A stretch of 62,922 bases of DNA, filler included, from Folioceros fuciformis (taxonomy: Eukaryota): NCBI GenBank assembly GCA_049999805.1. It is 3 parts of 3 records of this genome, joined end to end, with 100 filler letters (N's around TTAATTAATTAA, not from the genome) between each part and the next. Parts side by side here need not be neighbours in the genome. Positions count along the whole stretch, not along the records: positions 23,895 to 48,666 come from JBNGIO010005937.1; 2 more parts are not named here. One strand, written 5' to 3'. The notes under the pieces are model-generated. The model was not told the DNA's origin and did no database searches. It saw only the letters and a list, made by a program, of their open reading frames with translations. The position numbers and the translations under genes are program-made. Positions within the stretch are counted from its first letter, which is position 1; the number at the start of each line of letters is the position of its first letter. Positions 24,922 to 38,200 of this stretch are shown piece after piece.

Positions 24922-25706
24922 GGGCGTGACCTCGTTGCAGGTCCGAAGGGCTTCCCTGGCCACAATAGGAGAATAGTGTTAGAAACAATAGCCCCATTCA
25001 GCAGCTTCAACTTATGTTTGCTTTCCCCTCTGTAGTGAGTTACTTAGGTTCGATGGACTGTCCGGTGTTTGGACATTGCTTTGTTTCCATGTCTGGAAGG
25101 CGGCCAATTTTTGAAATGTGTGAACCAATGTCCGATCATCTGGGCTCACCCCCTCTGCTTGCTTTCTGTCGTCAGTTTGCAGAGTTTGAGCGAGCATTGC
25201 ATTCTGTGATACGGCATTGGGCCGCAACCATGTGGGCGACGGGTATTGCACGTCTGCCACACGGATCTCATATCTCACAGTTAGGTTCACGAGCTTCGAT
25301 GGCTTGTCTTGGCTTAATTTTCCACTGAAGTTTTGTGCCATAATTTATGCGACGCGGTTCTATCTGCTATAGGCTCCACGACCCGAAGCATATCACGCAA
25401 GGTCTCGTCTAACATCTGTTTCGGAAGAGAGCCGTTCTCGGTCTGTTCTTCATGGAATGGTGACTAGAATTCTCATGGCGAGACCTAGATATGGGAAGCT
25501 GCAGGCTTCGGGACTTCTGGGAATCAAATTAGGTCTCTATCTATGTGTGTTCCTAGTACACATGTAGCAAACGAGATGGAGGTTTAGTGCAGAAATGGTT
25601 TGCTGAAGCAATTGCAGCCCCACGCCAACTTCAAGACGGCGGGCGCTTTCGTCGTTGGCACTCGGAGCAGCGAGGTGTGATAATCTTTGTTAGCTCGTCG
25701 GTGAGG

Positions 25707-27828
25707 ATGTGGCCCAGGAGCGTAATATGGCTTGTTGCCGCTCTGGTGATGTTGGGTGCCCTGGGTGTGTCAGTTGTGTACCTAATGATAGAGGTGGTGC
25801 GGAGGAAGCAGCGCAAGGAGGTGGTCGGGTTCTTCCACCCTTTCGCAAATGATGGTGGTGGTGGAGAGCGTGTTCTTTGGTGCGCTGTGAAAGCAGTGCA
25901 GGAGCAATTTCCTGGACTTCAGACGGTAGTTTACACGGGAGATCCAGTTACTCCTCAATTTTTGGCCGAGAGGGCGCTCAGGTTATTCGGCGTGGAGCTT
26001 TCCTCACCTCCTGAGGTCTTGTCCTTGCCCTTGCCCGCGCTCTTTTCCGGTGGACAGTTGTTGGCCAAGCTTTGATGGGCTGCATTTGCTTGCGATCTGT
26101 CTTGTGAGTGCAGGTTGTTGAGCTTAGAAGAAGGAAATGGGTGGAGGCGGCAACCTACCCTCGTTTCACTCTCATGGGGCAAAGCATCGGTTCTGTTATT
26201 CTTGGGTGGGAAGCCCTTGTGAAACGAAAACCTACGCTGCTCATAGACACCAGCGGATATGCATTCATCTACCCTCTTGCTCGTGCAGTTGGGTGTAAGG
26301 TTGTGTGCTATACGCACTATCCAACCATCAGCTCCGACATGGTTTCTCGGGTAATGAACAGGGTGTCCACGTACAACAACAAGGGCATTGTCTCCAGATC
26401 GTAAGTTGAATCAATGTGGGAAATGGTAAAAAGTTTGGTTGGGCTGTGTTTGGTGGCATACATGTTTGTGGAAGGATGTGACCACAGCTTAAATTTACTT
26501 TCCAGATTGTTGCTATCTACGGGGAAAACATTGTACTACAAGATGATGGCGTGGGCGTATGGGCTGGCAGGCAAGTGTGCACACCTGGCCATGGTGAATT
26601 CGTCTTGGACTCAGGCGCACATTGTGAAGCTTTGGGGAATACCTGAGCGAACTGTTCTGGTGTATCCCCCGTGCGACACCGTGGCACTGCAGGTCGGTGT
26701 TTGTGATGTGTGTGGTGGTATTCTTTTGGCAAGTTTGACACAAGGGGTTGATGACATGTTTTGTGGCACACAAGTGCACATGAGGGGTGTGGATGCGGCT
26801 GCAGGGCAGTAGTTGAATGTAGTGTTTGGATTTTGTGTGCAAGCAGGCTTTACCGTTAGAGCGGTCAGAGAAGAATCGGTACATCATATCTGTTGCACAA
26901 TTCCGTCCAGAAAAGGTGAGTGAGTGAGTGTGTTTGGTGCAAGATGTGGATGTGGGGCGACGAAATAGCTTCAGTTTTCAGTTGATGAGCCTGCGGCAGG
27001 GTGGCTTGCTGGTAGGCCCATGAAGTTCAAGTGCAAGCCTTCGCACTGGCGTTGAAGAGGCTGGAAGGGGATGAAGGGGTTAACGTAAGCACGTCAGAGA
27101 AGCCACGGTTGAAGCTGGTAGGGAGTTGCAGACACAAGGAAGATGAAAGTAGGCTGGAGGGTGTGGTAGCCAAGTGTAGGGAACTCGGGATTGCGGACGT
27201 GGTGGACGTGTGCAAGAATGTGACATACGAGTGAGTGCGGGTGAAGGGTTTGTGGAATGCTTAGTTTTGGTTTTAGACAGTGTCGTGATAGAGGGCAGCA
27301 GCGTGGTGTGGGTGCAGTGAATTGAAAGCTCTGCTGGGAGGCGCAGTGGCAGGACTCCACACGATGGTGGATGAACATTTCGGCATCAGCGTGGTGGAGT
27401 ACATGGCAGCAGGGGCTGTACCCATCGGTAATGACCTAGCGCAGTTTGAGTTGAGCATAGCGGGGGTTGGGAAGGCTTGGTTTGTTCTGTTTGTTTTGTT
27501 GTAGTAGTTAACTAGTCTTGGGTTTGGGAGTAGTGAGTGTTTGCGTGGGTGGCCGTTTCCAGCTCATCGGTCAGCAGGGCCGAAATTAGATATCGTAAGG
27601 GAAGAAGGTGGGCAGCGCACGGGATTCCTCGCAGCGACAGTGGAGGAGTTTGCGGATGCAGTGTACGCTGTTTTGACCATGCCGGAGGCAGCGAGGGTGG
27701 AGATGGCGAGGGCCTCGAGGCAGCGTGCCGCGCAATTCTCGGAAGCAAGGTTCGATGATGAGTTCAAGGCGGCGATGAAGGGCGTGGGCGCGGAGTTGGG
27801 TTTAGGTCAGGAGTGGGAGGCACGGTAG
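25707..27828 (+). CDS. ALG11: GDP-Man:Man3GlcNAc2-PP-Dol alpha-1,2-mannosyltransferase, about 7 exons
   Basis: N-terminal [95 protein letters not shown]. Confidence 0.95.
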
Positions 27829-29891
27829 CGTGTACTAGGCCTGGGACGGGACGGTGTTATGTACAGTTCTACTATCTACTGGAATCGTTAGAGTAGCCCT
27901 AGATGCATGCATTTGGTGGTGGGTAGCTGTTAAAGAACGGAGAGGCTTTTACAGCCAGTACTGTACGTGTGTAAGCTCCATATGGCTTGGGCGGACGGGG
28001 TGTGCGTGTGCGTGAGACTGCGAGACTGGACATACCTACATACATTGCGTTGTTGTACGCACACAGGTGCGTATGGAGTGCAGCGCACGCATGAGGAGTG
28101 GAATGCTCCAATCCTCCAGACTCCAGAGGCTCTCTCTAGAGACTCCAGAAGCTCCAGCTCCAGCTGGTGGGCGTGTGGGCGTGAGGTGATGAGGGACCCG
28201 TGTGCAGTTTATCGTCTAGCTGGGCCCAGCATCACACAAGATGTCTACATACATCGTGTACATAGGTCCGTTAACAAGCGAGGGGAGGCGAGGCGAGGCG
28301 AAGGCAAGGTCTGGTCTGGTCTGTAGAGTTTGTGTGAGTGATCCGATAAGCTTTGGCGTGGAACTTACGGATGGTTGGGGCTGCTTGGCGTGTGGAATGG
28401 AGGAGGGCGTGTGCAGGTCGAGCCTAGGGTCGGGGTCGGGGTCGGGGCCGGGGCTGGGGCCTAGGCCTCGGGCCGTCGGGCTCGGGGTAGCCGTTGTTTG
28501 GAGGAGTCAGGGTGTCACGCCTTCAATTCAGATTATTCGGACCGATATGCAGCAGAGAGAGAGAAGGAAATTAGTTTGTACAGTACACTACAATGGAGGT
28601 CTATCCNNNNNNNNNNNNNNNNNNNNNNNNNNNNNNNNNNNNNNNNNNNNNNNNNNNNNNNNNNNNNNNNNNNNNNNNNNNNNNNNNNNNNNNNNNNNNN
28701 NNNNNNAACATGCAAGGCGCGTGGTAGGCCAGTTGAGATATGGAGCGGTTGGTTGGCGTTGGCGAGGGTCGAGCGCGCAGAAACGGGGACTGGTGAAGCC
28801 AAGTGGGGACTGGGCTGGAGCTGGGGGGTGTTGACGCTTTCTCTCTACTAAACTAGTGCCACGGCCAGACGCGGAAGCAGAGGCGGAGTGTGGCTGTGGC
28901 TTTCCTCTCTTCTTCGGCTTGAAGAAGGTGCAGAGCGAGTAGCTGGCAGTGCTTGGTGTTTGGCGGTGGAGCTGAAGGGTAGGGTGGCGATTCCCACGCC
29001 ATGCCGAATCTTGTCCTTCTTTCCCCCGCTTCATGGTTTGGCATGGTGGGCTGGGTTGGGCTGTTATGAAGGCAAGGCAAGGCATGGCAAGGCAGGCAGG
29101 AGGGGGGTACAGGCACTAAGTCCCAGACTTCCGGCTCCCGGCTCCCAGCTGCAGGCCCCACACTATTCGCTAACTGCACATCCCATCCCGTGCCGTGCCG
29201 TCCCATCCCATCCCACCCCTGCACCTGTACATGTCTTGTATCTACACATGTATTATGTACATGCTAGAGATGTACGATGTTCCGTAACACCTCACCAACC
29301 TGATAAGGATCACGCTCCGTCCCGTTCCGTTCTATCCAATGCACGCTGGGTAGGCAGTACAGTCACTTGGGCCTACGGGAATGGGACCGGGTCAGTCCCT
29401 GCCACATGGACGTCTTGTCCTTGAGCCACATGGAGGTCTTGTCCTCGAGGCTTAGGCCCAGGCTTCATGGAAGTGAGCGTGCTGGCGTCGGTGTCAGAGC
29501 GAGAGAGCGCGCGCGCAAGCGACGAGAGAGTAGACCTGGGCTAGGCTAGACTAGACTAGACTATACTAGACCAGGCGCAAAGAATAAGAGCAGAGGCTCA
29601 TCAGAGCAGTGAGTGAGAGAGAGAGAGAGATTGGCGGGAGATGGAGAGGAGAAGAGATGAGCTTGTATTGTCCCAAGGCTAGGGCCCTGCGGAATATTCC
29701 CTGGCCTTGGCGCATGGCATTTGACCCCTCGTACTTTATGTATGTATAAACAAAGGCGCACGGTATCGATTCGCGGCCTGTTGTGATAACGAGCCTGGAA
29801 GCCCAGGGCCCCGCAGCCTCATCATCAGCTTTAGCCTCAGCTTCAGCCAGTGAGCCTGAGAGAGCCTCTCAGCCTGTTTTAAGTTAGGTAG

Positions 29892-29949
29892 TCCCGACTC
29901 CCGACTCCCGACTCCCGACTCCCGACTCCCGACTCCCGACTCCCGACTC
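29892..29949 (+). repeat. (TCCCGAC)n heptamer tandem repeat running into an N gap
   Basis: About 8 perfect copies visible before the gap at 29950. Confidence 0.9.
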
Positions 29950-31410
29950 NNNNNNNNNNNNNNNNNNNNNNNNNNNNNNNNNNNNNNNNNNNNNNNNNNN
30001 NNNNNNNNNNNNNNNNNNNNNNNNNNNNNNNNNNNNNNNNNNNNNNNNNCCCTACTCCCGGGCCCAGGGCCCCAGCGTCCCTTCAGTCGCAACTGCCTGT
30101 GTCCCGGACCCCGCGCCCCAACGTCGAAAGATCCCGTGGAACAACATACCATCTGAGGTAGGTACTCGACGTAGGTAGGCAGGCAGGCCGGTAGGCAGGT
30201 ACGCAGGTAGGTTTATCATGAAACCAAGAGCTATCAAGTGCTCTGCGTATCACCCACCATACATGCTGCTATGTACTGTACGGAACTGTACTATACTGTA
30301 CGATCATGTCCAACCTAAACCATATCTTTTTCTTTCTTTTTCGTTTTGGTTTGCACCATGTGTATTTTTCACGCAGGCAGGCCAGGCCAGGCCAGGCAGT
30401 AAAAGCGAGAATCGTCACCTACATGTGTATGTATCTACATAGTGAAGTGCATTCTTAAGGGGGCTTGCCTTGTTTAAAATCGTGGTACATGTATGTATGT
30501 ATGTATGCACACACTACAGACTGTACAGTACACAGACAGCCGTATGTACGTACATACGTACATGCGTGCCTTAACGCGTGAGAAGCATGAATGGCAGCAT
30601 GCACTGCGAGCATGAGGCCATAGGAGTGACAAAGAAGAAAGTGATAGGAGCAGTTCCAGGAAGGTGAGAGGCGAAAGCCGAAAGGCGATAAGCGCATGAC
30701 AAAAAATGCAAGGCTACGCTACGGAACGATTAGCTCTCATGACGGAGATAAGCACATTTAGCACATGCTGAGCGAAGAAATCGCCTTGACCAGAGACACG
30801 TGGGCATGGGCCCCGCACTGCACTGCACCTGCCGAGCAGGTGCGGGTGTTGCGGCCTCGAGTCTGGACTTTCTTCTATCTCATCCACCGGCCCACCGGGT
30901 GCCACCGCGTGCCACCGGGTGACCGGCTGTAGCGCGCCCATCGCCTGCCGCCTCTTGCCTGGCACGCTGCGGACCTGCACTCCACACAGCGACACGCCAA
31001 AGGCGGAAGGCGAATGCCGCGCTACAGCCGTTACGGCTGCAGCTACAACAGAGACACACAGTAGTGGTCAGGCCGACCCCGACCCCGACCCCCGGCCCCG
31101 ATATTTTGCAGCAGCCAGGAGTACTGGAGCCTGGAGCCTGCTGGGGCCGGAGACCGTGCTCACCACATCGGGGCTTCCACTCCATCCATGTATGGTAAAG
31201 CCACGCAGTAGCTATGCACGCAACGCAGCACACACCTCCAAGGGGGGTTTGGGTTCCTGGGTTTTTGTGCCGGCCGCCACATCTCGCCTTTCACGGTGCG
31301 CCCCACTGCCCACTGCCCACCGCCCTACTGTCCAGTTCATACATGCATTTGCCATTGTATCGCATTGCTCTGCGTTCCAGGCATCCAAGGAGCATAACAA
31401 GGAGTGGAAT

Positions 31411-31525
31411 GCTCTCTATCTCTCTCTCGCTCTCACTTTCGCTTTCGCTCGCGCTCTCGCTCGCGCTCTCGCTCCCGCTCCCGCTCCCGCTCTCGTCCCC
31501 GCCCCGGCTCCCGCTCTCGCCTCCC
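31411..31525 (+). repeat. CT-rich hexamer microsatellite (GCTCTC/GCTCCC)n, possibly a 5' leader Y-patch
   Basis: Degenerate hexamer run visible directly in the sequence. Confidence 0.75.
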
Positions 31526-32996
31526 CCTGTTCTTTTCCTCTGCCGCTCCCTTCCACACATCACCTACACAGTGTAGACCAGTCGCTCTTTCGGGTGGGTC
31601 GGGGAGCGCTTCTCCTCTCTTCCCTTCTCCACTCCGCTTCCTCGCTTTTCCCTCTTCCCAGGTTGCAGTGTCAATACCGGGCCGGGCCGGGCCTGGCCTG
31701 CCCCTACACTGCAGCCGGAGTCGGGGAAAGAATAGGGAAAGCAAAGCAAGGCAAGGAAAGCCATGGGACACGGCTTTCAAGCCGCCTCCTGCCGTGCTCC
31801 GCATTGCGTTGCGCCCCAACGTGGCCGGCCACAGTATGTGTGTGCAGATGCAGATGCGCCTGCTTCCTAATGGGTTGTCCCTGCAATCTCCACTCCCAGT
31901 GTGCCGCTGCTCCGCCAGATCTGCGCTTGCTGCCTTCTCAGCTTGAGAGGGCCAGAGCCAGAGCCGTGCTGCTGCTTCTCTAACAGTTGCTGCGCAGCGT
32001 CACAGCCTTCTGCACCAATTTTGACATCCCAATGTCTGTCGCATCTAGTGGCGGCTACTAGGTGATGCACATGTCATTGCTTTCTGCCGTGAGGCCCGTC
32101 GAGCTGCCACGGCATGCTAAACTCTGGACATGTATGTTACCCAGGTCACACTTTGTGGCTTAGCTACTCACCAGCAGCCTGACTGTTTCTGTGATCTTCC
32201 CTACTTCTGTTTTTCCTTCCGATGCAGCCTCTCCCCCGCCCATCTTCATCCTTGTTTCCCAATTCAATGCTAGCTGTCACGCGGCTTTCAACCTCCTCGC
32301 CCACTTGCCCTTCGCTTCTTCTGCTCTCTCATCTCCAGACTTGCTTGCGATTGCGTGCAATCTTCCGTGGAGCCTGCCCTCAATTTGCCGTCTAGGAGCT
32401 GCAATCTTGGAGGGTAAGACTGGGGCCGCTCCCTGGCTCTGGGGTGGGCGCCGCCGGTTTCCTCACTGCCAACTGTGCACTAGGGGGACTCCGCATCAGC
32501 TTCTTGTNNNNNNNNNNNNNNNNNNNNNNNNNNNNNNNNNNNNNNNNNNNNNNNNNNNNNNNNNNNNNNNNNNNNNNNNNNNNNNNNNNNNNNNNNNNNN
32601 NNNNNNNCCCGACTGGTATGCTTCTTGCTTGCTGGACCCCAACCACAACCGGGGATAAATGTGGTTGCCGTGCTGGGTTGCAGCTGCGCATGTGGAATGG
32701 CATTGACCGTGTCTTGAATGTGCTTAGCTGCCCTTGGTGGTTGGGCTGCCGCTCCGCTCTTATGTGACGCCATTCTTGTTGGCCGTTGCTTCTTCTTGAC
32801 ATCCACGTCGCCGTGGTCGGGAGCCTGGGGGATTGGACCGGACACACTCTCACTGCTGTTACTAGCTGCTGCCATCTGCCCCAGCTCCAGTCTGAGTACA
32901 CACTCCAGGACTCTCCACAATTTCTGCTAGCTCGAGGGGGAGGAGGGGATCTGCGTGCAATCTGCCAGCGGGGAGCAACACCATTGCCTGCAACAC

Positions 32997-34472
32997 ATGG
33001 AGGACTTGCTGCCGGCCTCCCTGCTTCAGGAAGTTCTGGCCCGCCTCACTGAAGAATCGGATTTGGCGCGCTGCAGCCTCGTGAGCAAGCGCTTCCTGGA
33101 AACGGTGCGCCACCTCACGTCTGTCAAGCTCGTGTGCACCTATGCCCGTTATCTCCAAACCAGGCGCCCACCAGGCCAGGAGCAGGGTGTTGGACAGGGG
33201 AAGCTCAATCCCACGCCCGCGCCCTTCAAGGCAATCGTGACGCGCACCCTGCTGCAGCGCCACCGGGTGGAATGCTTGACGCTGGAGATCGACGACCACA
33301 TCCAGATGCAGCCCGACGAGGAGCAGGAGGCCAAGCTCACCGACCTGTGGCTCACGGATCCCGCCTTTCTGCACCACTGGCTGCCGCATATCGGACCCTC
33401 GCTCAAGTGTCTCTCCATCACGGATTTCGGGCATCAAGCGCAGGCGGAGGCGCGTTCCTCGCGCATCCTGCCCATCCTCTCCGCCAATTGCAAACAGCTG
33501 CGCAAACTGGAGCTGGCCAACTTGCTGTTGCAGGATGCTTGCGCCGGGATGCTTCCGCTGCCTCATTTGACCAGCCTCACCATGGAATGCGTGCGCATGG
33601 GGGACATTGATCTGGCAGCCATAATGGGGAATGTGCCCGCCCTTGAGAGCCTGTCCCTCGTCACCGTTTTCGGCCTCAAAGACCTCTGCGTCCAAGGCTC
33701 CTGCCTGCTCGCCTGCTGCCTCGTGCTCACCTCCACGCCTCTGACCGTGGTGGTGCGGGCGCCCAAGCTGTCTGAGCTCCGGCTTCAGTTCCCCTGCCCA
33801 GGTCCCGACCGCCTCACCATCCAGGCTCCCATGCTCACGTCTCTGGAGCTCTTCACAGAGAAGCGGCCGGGGGCCGTCTTCGCGCTGGCCACAGCCTCTT
33901 TCCTCAAGACTATCCTCCTCATCTCACCGGACTTGACGTGCGTCACGGACTTCTCCGGACCAGGGGGAGCTGTCTCTATCTCCAACATGGTCTTCGAGGC
34001 GCCCATGTTGGCATTTGACGACGAAGGCGCCTGGGAGGGCATCCTCCTCCAGCCCAGGGTGTGCCTTCCCAACTTGGCCCACATTTCTCAGGGCTTCCCC
34101 TGCTTGGACACCCTCTTCTTAGGACCCGGATTGTGGTATGCCATGGAAACTGATCCCGACGCAAAGAAGCAGCTGGGGATTCGGAGTACTGCTGCTGGCC
34201 TTGGCACTGGCACGGCCTCTGGGTGGCCCCTGTTGAGGAAGCTGGTGCTTCATGTTCTGCTCTTGAACTATGACTCCTCTCTGGACTTGCTCACCTTCCT
34301 CGTTACATCTCTGCCCTCCCTCAAGACTCTAGAGATCTACTTTCACTGCGACAGCAAATCTGCTGCCAGGGACCGTCTGCTTTCCAACATGGAGAAACTC
34401 TTCGCCCATGTGGCCTTCAAGTCGGGAACCTGGAAGGCTCTTGTGTGGTCGGACCACCTCCACCCCTTGTAG
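32997..34472 (+). CDS. F-box/LRR-repeat protein, At4g29420-like, intronless
   Basis: F-box MEDLLPASLLQEVLARL..DLARCSLVSKRF; VKLVCTYARYLQTR; DLWLTDPAFLHHWLP..LKCLSITDF; LRR-type Leu periodicity. Confidence 0.9.
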   Translation: MEDLLPASLLQEVLARLTEESDLARCSLVSKRFLETVRHLTSVKLVCTYARYLQTRRPPGQEQGVGQGKLNPTPAPFKAIVTRTLLQRHRVECLTLEIDDHIQMQPDEEQEAKLTDLWLTDPAFLHHWLPHIGPSLKCLSITDFGHQAQAEARSSRILPILSANCKQLRKLELANLLLQDACAGMLPLPHLTSLTMECVRMGDIDLAAIMGNVPALESLSLVTVFGLKDLCVQGSCLLACCLVLTSTPLTVVVRAPKLSELRLQFPCPGPDRLTIQAPMLTSLELFTEKRPGAVFALATASFLKTILLISPDLTCVTDFSGPGGAVSISNMVFEAPMLAFDDEGAWEGILLQPRVCLPNLAHISQGFPCLDTLFLGPGLWYAMETDPDAKKQLGIRSTAAGLGTGTASGWPLLRKLVLHVLLLNYDSSLDLLTFLVTSLPSLKTLEIYFHCDSKSAARDRLLSNMEKLFAHVAFKSGTWKALVWSDHLHPL

Positions 34473-35268
34473 CTTCGCACCCCTACGCTTCACACAGGTC
34501 TATTTCCTTTTTTCTTTTTCTTGACTTGTTCATGCAGGTGGACGACGGCTGTGTTTGTGTTTGCTTGTTTGCTGTCATCCTTTTTGGACAGAAGAGCTCC
34601 CAGGTTAGTATTTATGACTTGTGGATTGGTGAACAAGACTGAGCAACGGTCCCCAGTTTTCGTGGCGCCTGGGACGGGGAGAGCAAGGAGCATTTTCCTC
34701 TGGGAAGTTGGAGCCGACTTGCTTGCTCTCCGCCCCCAAGACACTGCAACACCTCGGTAGCATACCACATAGCTTGATACAACATATATTAATAGCGGAG
34801 GTTAGGTTGGTAGAGTTGAGGCATCCGAGTAGAGCCTAGGCGTTCTGCCAGGCCCACGACATTTTACCCGACAAGCCGTGGATCGTCAACGATGTGTGCA
34901 CGATTCCGCAGCAGGGGCAAAATTTGCATTAGGCAATACGCAAGAGATGGCTTAAGTTAGTCTGCAACGCAACACGATCTTAATCAAATGTCTTTCTCTG
35001 GGGCTTGTCACAGCCGGCTCACAAGGCACAATCCTGGAACTTCAGAGACGACTTCCTGCCCTGTCAAAGTGGATTATATGCCACCAAGACGACAAGGGTG
35101 CTAACAGCCACCCACCACCTCTTTTCATGGTGGGGCCAAGAAATGACGCGCTTCAATCGATGTTTCAATAATGAAATATCAGAGCTACACTGTGTCCCGC
35201 CAACCAGCGCTGCCCCTCGGAAGTCCCCATCAATGAGCAGGAAACCCTTCGTACCTTCACAGCGCGTA

Positions 35269-38200
35269 TCAACTCGGCGAGGAAACTTGGAAGATAGATG
35301 ACAATATATCGGATATATTGCGAATGTTCTCCTGGCAGTTCTTCTCTGTCTCCTCGCCGGCCTTGCTTTCCAGAACGGCGGCATCTAGCACCAGCTTCTG
35401 CTTTGCGATCTCGAAGATATTTTCGTCTACGGTTCCCTTAGTGACCAGCCTGCACATCAAGAAACAGGCAGTTAAGTTCGCCGACGATGAAAGGAGAGAA
35501 CGAATCAGAACGGAGAAGACAAAGAGGCTTCAACACCAACCGGTACACAGTGACAGGCTTTGTCTGCCCAATGCGGTGGCACCGATCTTCTGCTTGCCTG
35601 TCCACTTGTGGATTGAAATCCACATCATGCAGAATGACGGTATCTGCGCCCGTCAGATTCAGACCTTGGCCTCCAGCTCGAGTTGATAGCAAAAATGCAA
35701 AGATGTCCGTGCTACTGTTGTAGGAATCCACGAGTCCCTGTCTTTCGGTAACTGGGGTGCTGATTCACAGAATCACCAACAACGAAGTCAGGTATAGACA
35801 ATCCAAATGCTGCGAAAAGCATGATATGAAGATAAAAATGCAACTCACCTTCCATCCAACCTAACAAACTTGAATCCCATGATATCCAGTGCCCACTCCA
35901 AGATGTCAAGCATCCCAGTCCACTGGCTGAAAATCAGTGGACGGTGACCAGCCTTTTGCAGTTCAGGTAGCAGTCTGGCCATTGCCTACAACAAAATGGT
36001 GTAACAATCATGAGGTGGCTCGCCTAAGGCTCCGAAACACTACACGAGCCCATAGGAGAGCTGAGATGGCAGATAGCCCAAAGGTGATACAGACCTGACA
36101 TTTGGCAGAACTCACTGCATACTCCTCGTCCAGCTGGCCATAGGTCTCTCCATCTCCATAGGTTTTACACATCTGGAGACACAACATGTCAAATAGGGCA
36201 TTCCTGTGCGAACTTTGAACAGTTTTGACAAAGAAAGTGCGCGGGTGATGCAGCACCTTGTGTAAGGCGAAATCACTGTAAGTGCTCAATTCCTCGCGAA
36301 CCCGTTGTACTGTACACTCATTGCCAAAAACTCCAAGCTGATGAAACTTTGCGGACATACTTCTGATTGCTTCATCATTGAATATTCGCCGTGAGAGTAA
36401 AGGATGATTTGCAAGCTGCAAATGTGAATAAGCATCCATCCGGCAAGAAAATCAGCACATCTGGGTGGCAGGTGCTGCCTTGCACACGAGTAATAATCTA
36501 GTAACAAAAGGAAAGCAGCCTTTACCTTTCGAAGTTCTGTGAAGATGCTGGTCACCTCACGCCGAGGAAGGGCACTCACTAAGTTTCCCAGCCCAGCCTT
36601 CGAGGATTTTGCAGCACGTGCCGCAACAATTTTTCTATAGTTGTCTACAGCTTCTTTGTACGCAGCTTCTTGTCCTCGCAGCATCTCCAAAACCTCTAAC
36701 TGCAGAATTTACCACATCAGGTCCCAGGGATGAAGCCAGCACATTCGCGCAATCAGAAGTTCAACAAAAGCAAAGTCTTCAGCCACCCTTACTTTCTGTA
36801 TTTTTGGAACAAGCTGCTGCATCACATCAGATTTCAGGCGTCGAAGGACAAAGGGTCCAAGAATCATTTTAATTTGGCTAATGAGGCCCATGTTCTGTAC
36901 AGTCTCATGCCCTGTTGCCTTCCGGTTGCCAAGTAACTTACTCAAATCAACACCCCCCGTGTCGAATGTTTTTGGCATCATAAATTCTAGCAGAGACCAT
37001 AACTCCTGATCAAGACTGAACCACGTAAGTACCAACTACATGTAGCTCGCTCGTGACGAGCAGATCTTCCAACGGTTTCAACAAATGATCAAAGAAGAGC
37101 CTTTCAGCCCTAAAACCGCAAATCCATGGTTGCAGTACCTGGAGGTCGTTCTGCAAGGGAGTTCCAGTTAACATCAGACGGTGATGTGCTCCTTGTGCAA
37201 CAGACCGCAAATGTCGAGTCCTAAGACTGTCTCTGTCCTTCAACAAATGAGCTTCATCCATGAGCACACAGCTCCACTTCCAGCTCTTCATTAGCTTACG
37301 ATCATGCCTTTGTTGCTCACTGTCAATAAACCTCAACATGAGATGACTGACGGCTTCTCTCATACCAAAAACCCATTTCTCGGGACACGTCTGCAAACAA
37401 ACGCTTACCTCTCTCGTTCGAATAATGAGTAGCAGGTGAGCATAACATCAAAAGGAGGTTTTGCGCCTGACTTAGCCAAGGCAAGGAGCTCCTTACATTG
37501 CGCAATACGTTCATTCCCATGGTACATAAGCACAGAGAATGAAGGGCACCAGCGGTTCAGCTCACGTTGCCAGTTCTCTAAGAGAGAAGCCGGACACACG
37601 ACAAGGTGAGGACCGAAGTCTTGATCCAGCTGCCTAAGAACAGCCAAGTACACTACAGCCTGCCAACAAACGAGGCCAGACCTCAGAACCAAGTGCGCAG
37701 GAGGTCCCAACGGAACTAACCAGAGGAAGCAAACAGAAGTACCTGCACTGTCTTGCCAAGCCCCATCTCGTCTGCGAGGATAGCTGTGACAGAAAGAACC
37801 GTGTATCAGTGCACTGCATATTCAAGTCAAAGACTAAGGCTTGCAGCTAGTCAGCCATATTGACACATAAGCACCCTCAGGTGTGCATTCTCTCAAATCC
37901 GAACCCAAAGAGACGGATAATTTCAACTGACCTCAATCAGGATGAGTTCAGGGAAAATGACTCACCTCCACCAATTTTCTGCCTATGCAAAAGCAGGAGA
38001 AAATTCACTCCAACAAGCTGATAGCCAGTGAGCGACCGATCAGAACTAGAGGGCTCAATGTCACAGGCATCCCAGACATCCTCCTGCAAAACAAGGAGGA
38101 GGAGTTAGTCCGTTGTCAAACATGGTGTCTATGAAGTTACAACCATTAGCAGGGTGACTAATGGACAGGGATGGGTTTAGCAGTCACCTGAGTTACCACT

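Noticed and set aside
29401-29480. Possible miR166 (CCAGGCTTCAT core)
   Set aside because: Only an 11-nt match, flanks differ from TCGGACCAGGCTTCATTCCCC and no star arm is evident; the adjacent feature is just a 24-bp direct repeat.
30919-31983. 354-aa ORF and overlapping RS/RE-repeat ORFs
   Set aside because: Non-ATG start in GC-rich microsatellite sequence that is open in several frames; no recognisable domain.
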